Under the pieces are notes generated by a model. That model was not told where the DNA came from and did not search any database. It was given only the letters and a program-made list of their open reading frames with translations. Positions 26,603-33,616 of a stretch of 48,084 nt of DNA are shown in pieces. The position numbers and the translations under genes were made by a program. The first letter of the stretch is position 1, and every line of letters starts with the position of its first letter. Source of the DNA: Elusimicrobiota bacterium (lineage in GTDB: Bacteria; Elusimicrobiota; Elusimicrobia; JACQPE01). The stretch lies in the NCBI GenBank assembly GCA_016207685.1, contig JACQPE010000068.1, forward strand, positions 1 to 48,084. Direction: 5' to 3'.

Positions 26603-28462
26603 ATGCCGGCAGAACATTTTGACAAGCTGCTTCGTTTGTTGGAGATTGAGCGCCAGGCGGAGCGGGAAGCGAATAAGCGCGAGTTGGAGCGCTATCCCGT
26701 GGAGATGCGGGAGGCCTTGGGCAAGACCGTGACGAGGTTGACCTTGGCGGGAGAAGAAATGGGCTTGGGCGGTTATCATATGCTCATTTTCACCAAGCAT
26801 GTGTCCGAAGGGGCGCTGTCACCGTTTCAAGCGATGGGCAATGGTGATATCGTATCTGTCACGTTCCCTTCCGGCCCGGGGTCCTGGCAGGGGACTATTT
26901 TTCGGGTTGATGATGTTTCAGTGACCATTGCTTTGGATCGCAACCCTCCTGAAAAGCTCCCTGCGGGCCCCTATCAAATTGATTTTTTGGGAAGCGACGC
27001 CACGTATTACCGCATGGCCGAGGCCGTGGAGGAAGTTAAAAACGCCAAAATCGGCCCGTTATTTTTCCTGCGCGAAATTTTTATGGGGCACAGGCGTCCA
27101 CGCCTGGGCAAACCGGGAGGCGTGACCTTTATTAATGAGCGGCTTAATGAATTTCAGCGCCGCGCCGTGGAAACGGCGCTGGCGGCGCCCGAGGTAGCCT
27201 TGATTCATGGTCCGCCTGGAACCGGGAAAACAACGGTGCTCATTGAGATTATTCTTCAGGCCGCGCGTCAGGGGTTAAGAGTCCTGGCATCGGCGCCGAG
27301 CAATATCGCGGTGGATAATATGCTGGAAAAATTGCTGCGCCACCGCGTCAAAGTGGTGCGGCTCGGGCACCCGGCGCGCATTTCAGAATCGTTGCGCCAT
27401 GCGACGTTGGACGCTTTGATTTTAGAGGACCCGCTTCAGGAAGAAATCCGCAGGTTGCGCCGCGAGCGCGACAGGCTTTTGAAAACAGGCGCTGCCCGCA
27501 GGGAGGCGGCTCTCGCAGGCAAAGAAATTCGTTCGGTGGAGCGAATGATTTCCAAAGCGGTTTTGGGAGGAGCTCAAGTTATTCTGGCCACGCATGCGGG
27601 CTTAACGAAAGCGGTCTCCAAACGCAACTTTGACCTGGCCATTATGGATGAGGCCTCCCAAGCAACGGAGCCCCTTTCCTGGATTCCCTTAAGCAAGGCC
27701 GGAAAAGTCGTCTTTGCCGGCGACACTTTTCAGTTGCCGCCGACTATTTACTCCAAGGAAGCCTTGCGCGGAGGGCTTTCGGTGACGCTGTTGGAGAAAC
27801 TTCGGGAGATTTTGCCCAAGGGGTCGCAGACGCTGCTTCGCATTCAATACCGTATGAATGAAAAAATTATGGAATTTTCATCGCGGCAATTTTATGACAA
27901 TAAGCTGATTGCGGACGATTCGGTGCGCGGCCATTTGTTGGCGCATTTGCCGGAAATTTTACCTACGGATTTGACCCATCGGGCCGTTTTATTCATTGAT
28001 ACCGCAGGCGCGGGATGGGATGAATCATGGAATGAGTTGCTTGACAGCAGGGAAAATCAAGGAGAGGCCGGGATGGTGCGCGTTCTGCTGGGACAACTTA
28101 AAGCGGCCGGAATACGCCCGCATCAAGTTGGCATTCTTTCTCCTTATGTGGCCCAGGTGCGGCTTTTAAAGGGTTTAATCAGAGAGCCTGGTTTGGAAAT
28201 CGGCAGCGTGGATGGTTTTCAGGGCCGGGAGAAAGAAGCCGTGATTCTTTCCTTGGTGCGCAGCAATGAGCGCGGGGAGATCGGATTTTTATCGGACACA
28301 CGCCGCATGAATGTGGCGATGACAAGGGCCCGAAGGCTCCTTTTGGTTATCGGCGATAGCGCCACGATTGGTCGGCACCCTTTCTATGCCCAGTTTTTGG
28401 AGTATGCCGATTCCCATAACGCCCATCGCAGTTCCTATGAATGGACGCGGGAAATTTTGTGA
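26603..28462 (+). CDS. Upf1/IGHMBP2-like SF1B helicase
   Basis: Motifs GPPGTGKTT (I), DEASQ (II), GDTFQLPPT (III), QYRM (IV), VDGFQGREKEAVILSLVRSN (V) and RRMNVAMTRARRLLLVIGD (VI). Has an N-terminal beta-barrel-like region. The ORF is open from 26465, but that would run antisense into the CYTH gene. ATG 26603 is 25 nt from the CYTH start. Confidence 0.85.
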   Translation: MPAEHFDKLLRLLEIERQAEREANKRELERYPVEMREALGKTVTRLTLAGEEMGLGGYHMLIFTKHVSEGALSPFQAMGNGDIVSVTFPSGPGSWQGTIFRVDDVSVTIALDRNPPEKLPAGPYQIDFLGSDATYYRMAEAVEEVKNAKIGPLFFLREIFMGHRRPRLGKPGGVTFINERLNEFQRRAVETALAAPEVALIHGPPGTGKTTVLIEIILQAARQGLRVLASAPSNIAVDNMLEKLLRHRVKVVRLGHPARISESLRHATLDALILEDPLQEEIRRLRRERDRLLKTGAARREAALAGKEIRSVERMISKAVLGGAQVILATHAGLTKAVSKRNFDLAIMDEASQATEPLSWIPLSKAGKVVFAGDTFQLPPTIYSKEALRGGLSVTLLEKLREILPKGSQTLLRIQYRMNEKIMEFSSRQFYDNKLIADDSVRGHLLAHLPEILPTDLTHRAVLFIDTAGAGWDESWNELLDSRENQGEAGMVRVLLGQLKAAGIRPHQVGILSPYVAQVRLLKGLIREPGLEIGSVDGFQGREKEAVILSLVRSNERGEIGFLSDTRRMNVAMTRARRLLLVIGDSATIGRHPFYAQFLEYADSHNAHRSSYEWTREIL

Positions 28463-28510
28463 ATGGTTATCGAGTTTTTGAAAAAATGCAAAAACTAAAA
28501 TATCGAAACC

Positions 28511-29149
28511 ATGACGAATAATAAAAGCCGCTGTCTTTTGGGCATTGCCGGAGGTTCGGGTTCCGGCAAAACCACATTCGCCAGGCGTCTCATCGAAGGC
28601 TGCGCTCATAGCGGCGTTGACGGGCAGATTTTTTCTTTGGATAGCTACTACAGGCCCCTTGACAATTTAAGCTTTGAGGAGCGGAAAGATTACAATTTTG
28701 ACCATCCCGACGCGGTGGATATTCAATTGATCCTTAAGCATTTGGGCAATCTGTGCGCCGGGCACGCTATCGAGCAGCCGGTTTATGACTTTAAAATTCA
28801 CACACGCGATCAAAAAACGATTATCCAAAAACCCACGCGATTGATCGTTATCGAGGGGCTCTACGCCCTTTATTTTCCGGAGCTTTTAAACATGTATGAC
28901 TATAAGCTTTTCGTTTCAACAGGCATTGCCACGACTGTTTTGCGGCGCATGGAGCGCGATTTGGAGGAGCGCGGCCGCGATGTCGAAGGCGCGCGCCACC
29001 AGATTCTTTCGACGGTCCTTCCCATGTATGAGACCTATGTAAAGCCCACCCAGAAAAATGCCCATTTTTCTATCAACTGGGACGGTGAAGAAGTTCCCGA
29101 TAAAGCCACCCAAGGCATCGTCCGCATGCTCCGTGATTTTTTTCATTAA
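28511..29149 (+). CDS. udk: Uridine kinase
   Basis: P-loop GIAGGSGSGKTTFARRL, plus DSYY, FDHPDA and IVIEG blocks. 212 aa. Confidence 0.9.
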   Translation: MTNNKSRCLLGIAGGSGSGKTTFARRLIEGCAHSGVDGQIFSLDSYYRPLDNLSFEERKDYNFDHPDAVDIQLILKHLGNLCAGHAIEQPVYDFKIHTRDQKTIIQKPTRLIVIEGLYALYFPELLNMYDYKLFVSTGIATTVLRRMERDLEERGRDVEGARHQILSTVLPMYETYVKPTQKNAHFSINWDGEEVPDKATQGIVRMLRDFFH

Positions 29150-29228
29150 GAAATTTTAAGGCCGGATTTTGCAATCAAGTATTCCCTCCCACCGCCAGGA
29201 TAGGGCTTTTTGCAAAAACAGAAGAATG

Positions 29229-29574
29229 GTTAACCTGAAAAATTTAGGTTCAGTTGAAGTCTAAAGCCCGCTAAAAAAGAAACGCCATCTTACGTATCCT
29301 TTACTGTTTATGTTCCTGACAGAACATAGAAAAGGAGGTAGAGATGGCGCAAGGAAAGATTACATCATTACCCCAGATTCCGCAACTGCGGAATCTGGGT
29401 CTAACGACAATGTTTACTTCACAAAATATCAACTGTGGTGCAGTTGGGACTGGGTAGATGTGAATCAGAACCGGGGGTGATTATCGAACGAAAAACAATC
29501 TCAAAAACCTGGGACTAAATAGTACAGCCGGCTCAGAGGCAAGAGCGGGGGGTGACTGAATTTTTCAGGTTAAC
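29229..29574 (+). ncRNA. Candidate structured RNA or MITE-like element bounded by a 16-bp perfect inverted repeat; class not recognised, strand uncertain
   Basis: GTTAACCTGAAAAATT (29229-29244) is the exact reverse complement of 29559-29574. Fully nested inner helices:
- 29251-54/29555-58
- 29267-72/29544-49
- 29283-90/29342-49 (8 bp)
- 29297-302/29331-36
- 29309-15/29322-28 (7 bp)
- 29358-66/29457-66 (9 bp with a 1-nt bulge)
- 29372-82/29389-99 (11 bp perfect, 6-nt loop)
- 29430-35/29441-46

The element sits in a 516-bp convergent spacer that appears less GC-rich than its flanks. Confidence 0.4.
29344..29457 (+). CDS. 37-codon small ORF (MAQGKITSLPQIPQLRNLGLTTMFTSQNINCGAVGTG) inside the structured element
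   Basis: AAAGGAGGT lies 5-6 nt upstream of ATG 29344 and is the strongest SD in the window. The ORF is below the 60-aa cutoff of the ORF track. The ATG lies in the 3' arm of the 8-bp helix, part of the SD lies in the AAAGGA/TCCTTT helix, and the 11-bp hairpin is inside the ORF. Coding status is therefore doubtful. Confidence 0.25.
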   Translation: MAQGKITSLPQIPQLRNLGLTTMFTSQNINCGAVGTG

Positions 29575-29665
29575 AGCGCAATTTTTTTATCAAGGGTATC
29601 TGCTTTTCCTAAAATTGTTCGCAGCGGTCTTGGGGTTTGTCCAATGAAGGGCCCTGTCCCTTTTG

Positions 29666-30616
29666 TCACTTTCCTTGATGGAGCGCCAGCAATAATCTTT
29701 CTAAAATCAGCGCCGGGGTTACATTTGCGTCTAAATCGCGCTGGGACTCGAGCAGAATTTTTAGACGCCTTAATGAAGCGGGCGAGGAGTCTTTTTTCCA
29801 GGATGCCAGCGCTTCCAGTTCGAGATCCTCCATGATGGAGCGCACCTGCTCCCGCGCCAGGGAAGCGCTGCGGAAACGCGCGGAACGCGCCGAGAGCGCA
29901 TAGATATCGGCCGGCTTTAATGCCGTGGGTTTGATCTCGGACGCATGCCGTATGCCCGATCGCTCCAAAAGCCGCCGCGCGCGCAGCAAGGAGCCATTGC
30001 TTAACGCCGCGGCTTGGGCCGCGGCTTGGGCCTCAATGCCTAAACTTTGGCTGATCACCCGGGAAAGAGCCTCATCGCTTAAAAGTTGAAAATGCACTTT
30101 GGCATTGACGCGGGATAGAATCGTCGGTAGTAAATTGTCCTCGGAGCCGGCGATCAAAATCCAGGTGAGGTGCGGCGGCGACTCCTCAAGGACTTTGAGC
30201 ATCGCCACTTGAGTATCATCGGTCAAATTTTCAGCATGATCAATAATTGCGATCGAACATGGCCCCTCAAACGGCCGGTACTGAAAATGCCTCATCGCTT
30301 CACGAACGGTGTCAATTTTGAGAGACTTCGACCGCGGTTCCTCAAGGAGACGTTCTTGAAAAGCCGAATCAATCACCGTGCAATCGGGGTGGCTGCCGCG
30401 TTCGACTTTAAGACAGCTCCCGCAGGCCGCGCAAGCGCCGTCGTCGAGCCGGGGATTCTCGCATAAAAGCGCTTGGGCGTATTGCCGGGCCGCCCAACTG
30501 CGGCCGACGCCGGCGGGTCCTAAAAATAGCAAAAAAGGCGGCCTATGGCCCGTTTCCCATAGTCGGCGCAGCATTACCAGCGCCCGGGGTTGACCTATAA
30601 GATGGGAAAAACCCAT
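29666..30616 (-). CDS. holB: DNA polymerase III delta-prime subunit
   Basis: AAA+ clamp-loader block FLLFLGPAGVGRSWAARQYAQALLCE, a Zn-module CxxC...C (CAACGSCLKV) and an SRV-type sensor (TILSRV). Overlaps tmk by 22 nt in the usual tmk-holB order. Confidence 0.85.
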   Translation of the reverse strand: MGFSHLIGQPRALVMLRRLWETGHRPPFLLFLGPAGVGRSWAARQYAQALLCENPRLDDGACAACGSCLKVERGSHPDCTVIDSAFQERLLEEPRSKSLKIDTVREAMRHFQYRPFEGPCSIAIIDHAENLTDDTQVAMLKVLEESPPHLTWILIAGSEDNLLPTILSRVNAKVHFQLLSDEALSRVISQSLGIEAQAAAQAAALSNGSLLRARRLLERSGIRHASEIKPTALKPADIYALSARSARFRSASLAREQVRSIMEDLELEALASWKKDSSPASLRRLKILLESQRDLDANVTPALILERLLLALHQGK

Positions 30617-31221
30617 GTCCCTTGGCGGCGAATCGTTGATAAAATTCGTCCCTCCAATTCATCAATAGCGCAATCTGCAGGGATCAGTTTCACGCGCGGC
30701 AATACTTTCGAGAGTCTTGCATACGCCTCTTTAACCCGGGCCAATAAGGGTGTTTTTTGCTCCATGCGGTCGCGCCGGCCGCCCAAACGCGCCAGCGTTA
30801 CGGGCAAAGAAACATCCAAAACAAGGGTTAAATCTGGGCGAAGCCCTCCGGTTGCCCAATCATCAAGCTGGCGGATCATGCCCATGGAAAGCTCGCGGCC
30901 ACGCCCTTGGTAAGCCATGGTGGAGAGCGAGAACCGGTCGCATAACACGATTTGTCCTTTATTGAGGGCAGGGGCGATCACTTCCGCCACATGTTGCGCG
31001 CGGCTGGCCTCATACAACAAAAGTTCAGCCAAAGGGCAGACGTCCTGTCGGCGGTCAAGGAGCAACTGCCGGATGCGCTCGCCCATATCGGTGCCGCCGG
31101 GCTCGCGCGTCACGGTCACTGGCAACTTGAGGCTTTGCCAGCGTTTGCAGAGTCTCAAAATTTGAGTGGACTTGCCGCATTTATCCAGGCCCTCTAATAC
31201 CAAGAAAAATCCTCGCCTCAT
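30595..31221 (-). CDS. tmk: Thymidylate kinase
   Basis: P-loop FLVLEGLDKCGKSTQ and the DRFSLSTMAYQG block. 208 aa. Confidence 0.9.
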   Translation of the reverse strand: MRRGFFLVLEGLDKCGKSTQILRLCKRWQSLKLPVTVTREPGGTDMGERIRQLLLDRRQDVCPLAELLLYEASRAQHVAEVIAPALNKGQIVLCDRFSLSTMAYQGRGRELSMGMIRQLDDWATGGLRPDLTLVLDVSLPVTLARLGGRRDRMEQKTPLLARVKEAYARLSKVLPRVKLIPADCAIDELEGRILSTIRRQGTWVFPIL

Positions 31222-31239
31222 ATGACTATCAGTATAGCT

Positions 31240-32412
31240 CTACGGCTTTTGATGAAATTGGGAAATTTTTGAGGGATAGCCGAAGTAACGAAGGGTCGCC
31301 TGCCGGATGCGCTTGGAGGCGCGTCCATCGCCGAAGGGATTGTGTGCGCGGGCCATGCGGTGGTAAAGAGCCGTATTTTCCAACAGGGCGGCCGCATGAC
31401 GGTAGATATTGGCTTGAGACAATCGGCCCACGATCCTAGCGCAGCCGGCCATGACCGCTTCGGGGCGTTCGGTCACGCGGCGTAAAATGAGCACGGGCTT
31501 GCCGAAGGCAGGGGCTTCCTCTTGAATACCGCCGGAATCCGTCATAATAAAATAGGCCCTGCGGATGAGCTCAACAAGATCATGATAACCGGCGGGCGCT
31601 GTCAAAAAAATGCGCTTTTGACCGCCTAATATTCGCCGGACCGTGGCTTGGACATTAGGATTAAGATGCACAGGGTAGACAAAAACCAAATTTTTAAAAT
31701 GCCGCACCAGCCTCAACGCGGCATGGCAAATTTCCTCCAGGGGAGGGCCGAAATTTTCACGGCGATGGGATGTGAGCAGAATGAGTTGAGTGTTGCGAGT
31801 TGAGTGTTGCGAGTTGAAAAATTCAAACAAATCCGGGTCGGACCAGCGATGGGGAATGCGGGATATCTGAAGGAGAGCGTCAACGACGGTATTGCCTGTA
31901 ATCGTTACGCTTTCTTTGGGGATGCCTTCTTTTAAAAGATTAGATGCGGAAAGTTTGGTTGGCGGAAAATGGAGCCGGCTCACCCGGTCCGCCACCACGC
32001 GATTGACTTCTTCGGGGAATGGATTATCGACGTCGAATGAACGAAGTCCCGCCTCAACATGAGCAACCGGGATTCTTTGATAGTAAGCGGCCAGGGCCGC
32101 GGCCATCACCGTCGTTGTGTCACCCTGAACTATGACCAAGTCAGGCTTGGTGACAGCATAAAAAATTTCCAATCTTTTCAGGGCTCCGGCCGTGACATCA
32201 AAAAGCGTTTGATTTTCAGTCATTACTTGAAGATCATGGTCGATTGGAATGTTGAAAAGTTTAATGACCTGATCCAGCATCTCGCGGTGTTGGCCCGTGA
32301 CGCAGGTCAGGGTTTGAAAACGCCGCTCTTTCTTAAATTCTTGAATAACCGGAGCGAGCTTGATGGCCTCCGGTCGGGTGCCGAAAACAAACAAAATTTT
32401 CTTTTTGGTCAT
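31240..32412 (-). CDS. wecB: UDP-N-acetylglucosamine 2-epimerase (non-hydrolysing)
   Basis: KKILFVFGTRPEAIKLAPV, HVEAGLRS, TSHRRENFG and DSGGIQEEAP are all canonical WecB/MnaA blocks. ATG 32412 is preferred over the in-frame TTG 32421. Confidence 0.9.
   Translation of the reverse strand: MTKKKILFVFGTRPEAIKLAPVIQEFKKERRFQTLTCVTGQHREMLDQVIKLFNIPIDHDLQVMTENQTLFDVTAGALKRLEIFYAVTKPDLVIVQGDTTTVMAAALAAYYQRIPVAHVEAGLRSFDVDNPFPEEVNRVVADRVSRLHFPPTKLSASNLLKEGIPKESVTITGNTVVDALLQISRIPHRWSDPDLFEFFNSQHSTRNTQLILLTSHRRENFGPPLEEICHAALRLVRHFKNLVFVYPVHLNPNVQATVRRILGGQKRIFLTAPAGYHDLVELIRRAYFIMTDSGGIQEEAPAFGKPVLILRRVTERPEAVMAGCARIVGRLSQANIYRHAAALLENTALYHRMARAHNPFGDGRASKRIRQATLRYFGYPSKISQFHQKP
31783..31817. repeat. 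14-nt tandem repeat GAGTTGAGTGTTGC x2.5 inside wecB
   Basis: Copies at 31783-31796 and 31797-31810, plus a partial copy at 31811-31817. The repeat encodes the low-complexity insert NSQHSTRNTQ just upstream of the conserved TSHRRENFG block. The unit length is not a multiple of 3. Confidence 0.85.
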
Positions 32413-32430
32413 TGATAGCAAGAGGAGACT

Positions 32431-32518
32431 ACGAGATTGCGAGATTTGGAGAAATTGATCTCTTAATCTCTTAATTTTCTAATCTCGTAATCTTATAATC
32501 TCGCAATCCCTCAATCTC
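32431..32518. repeat. Octamer-periodic array: 2 inverted (NCGAGATT) plus 7 direct degenerate (NNAATCTC) units
   Basis: The direct units TTAATCTC TTAATTTT CTAATCTC GTAATCTT ATAATCTC GCAATCCC TCAATCTC span 32463-32518. ACGAGATT GCGAGATT at 32431-32446 are their reverse complement. GATTGCGAGATT (32435-46) pairs perfectly (12 bp) with 32497-32508. The array fills the spacer between the PorV-like stop and the wecB start. Confidence 0.8.
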
Positions 32519-32520
32519 GC

Positions 32521-33543
32521 CTATCTTAGTCGGTGGTGCGAAAATTTTAATCCCAAAAGGACCCGGTGCGTTTCTTGCAGGTCGCCATACCAGCCATAAG
32601 CATAATCAACAAAAAGACGTCCGGCATTGAGCCCGAATCCAAATGTCGGCCCGCCGCGATAAGATTCGGGCTCGAAGCGCCAGCCGCCGCGCAAGGAAAA
32701 AATGGGTCCCAAATTGAGTTCGACGCCCGAACGATGGTGAAAAGCCCGTTCCTCGTAAATAGCGTCGTAAGCCAGTATGTAGCCGATCCCCGATGTAATT
32801 TTGCGAGGCAAAGCGAATCCTGCTCTCGCGGACACCGGCAAAGGATCGCCGCTGTTGATATATTTGAGCTTGGTCCCTACATTCGCCACGGACAAGCCCA
32901 CGGCAAGTCTGGGATAATAAGCAAAATATCCCGCGCTGACGGCAGCTGCGTATGCCGTGTATTGACTTAATAAATTAGACTGGATCCCGTGAATCATCAT
33001 TCCGATGCTATGTATTCCTTCGCCGAGGCTCTTTCCGCCAAAACCGCCCCTTAAAAAAGTTTCCGCATAGCCTATGCCCCAGGCCAAGTCCCGGCCGGCC
33101 TGGGTTTCCCCCGTATAAGAAAGACTGCCGTCGCTGTTTAAAAGATTGACCGTTATATAGCCATGATCCACGTAGCGCAGCGTGGTAAAGGCCGTAACCC
33201 CGCCGAGCTCGTTGAGACCCCGAAAATCCAGAGGTTGGGCATAGCCCAAAAAGCTTTGTGTTTCATCAAGCACCAAGGTTTGCCGGGAAAACGATAAATC
33301 CGCCGAGTGGGAGCGGCTCAGCGTGGCCGGATTGTATTGGGCCCCATTGGAGCCATGGGGCAAGGCCGCGCCGGCATCACCCATGGCCATGGAACGAACG
33401 CCGCTGGGTGAAATTAAAAAAGTGCCCGCATAAGTTCCGGCGGAACCTGAAGCAGAAACGTCCAAAGTCCGAAGTCCGAAGTCCGAAGTCATAAAAATAA
33501 AAATCCATAAAAAGCGGCTAACGAATGGCGAATGGCGAAACAT
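32521..33543 (-). CDS. PorV/PorQ-like outer-membrane beta-barrel protein
   Basis: The N-terminal conserved block SPSGVRSMAMGDAGAALPHGSNGAQYNPATL resembles the PorV/PorQ (UPF0164) signature. The rest shows alternating beta-strand character rich in G/Y. The ORF is open to 33720, but that overlaps the subtilase 3' end. Candidate starts are ATG 33543 and ATG 33492, both followed by heptamer repeats. The start is uncertain. Confidence 0.55.
   Translation of the reverse strand: MFRHSPFVSRFLWIFIFMTSDFGLRTLDVSASGSAGTYAGTFLISPSGVRSMAMGDAGAALPHGSNGAQYNPATLSRSHSADLSFSRQTLVLDETQSFLGYAQPLDFRGLNELGGVTAFTTLRYVDHGYITVNLLNSDGSLSYTGETQAGRDLAWGIGYAETFLRGGFGGKSLGEGIHSIGMMIHGIQSNLLSQYTAYAAAVSAGYFAYYPRLAVGLSVANVGTKLKYINSGDPLPVSARAGFALPRKITSGIGYILAYDAIYEERAFHHRSGVELNLGPIFSLRGGWRFEPESYRGGPTFGFGLNAGRLFVDYAYGWYGDLQETHRVLLGLKFSHHRLR
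33465..33490. repeat. AAGTCCG x3.7 tandem heptamer directly behind candidate start ATG 33492
   Basis: Copies at 33465-71, 33472-78 and 33479-85, plus a partial copy at 33486-90. The minus strand reads ATG ACT TCG GAC TTC GGA CTT CGG ACT TTG. Confidence 0.85.
33522..33539. repeat. CGAATGG x2.6 tandem heptamer directly behind candidate start ATG 33543
   Basis: Copies at 33522-28 and 33529-35, plus a partial copy at 33536-39. The minus strand reads ATG TTT CGC CAT TCG CCA TTC GTT. Confidence 0.8.
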
Positions 33544-33616
33544 GCGGCCCGGAAAAAAATTCCCTCCCAGACTATTCGCTTTTTGCTCTTCGCGTTGCGC
33601 CATTTTTGGACTTTTT

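Noticed and set aside
29207-29218. Perfect AT-rich palindrome TTTTTGCAAAAA upstream of the structured element, with a similar A7T6 palindrome at about 17188-17200.
   Set aside because: Loop-less A/T palindromes of this length are common in AT-rich spacers. No second half-site pattern or repeated occurrence supports an operator.
29508-29519. 12-nt word CCTGGGACTAAA shared between the structured element and the protease/Crp divergent region (40714-40725).
   Set aside because: By my rough estimate, exact 12-mer matches are expected by chance many times in a 48-kb window. There is no shared context.
29229-29574. Possible identity of the structured element as RNase P RNA (size 346 nt, long terminal P1-like helix, ACAGCCGGCUCA resembling the ACAGAACCCGGCUUA block) or as tmRNA or 6S RNA.
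   Set aside because: The near-invariant GAGGAAAGUCC (CR-I) block is absent on both strands. The CCGGCU-like block is in the wrong relative position. There is no tRNA-like acceptor/T-arm or ..ACCA end for tmRNA. The element is too long for 6S RNA. Only a covariance-model scan can settle this.
32463-33539. Tandem repeats considered as a possible CRISPR array.
   Set aside because: The units are 7-8 nt and contiguous with no spacers. CRISPR repeats are 21-48 nt and are separated by spacers of similar size. No cas genes are present in the window.
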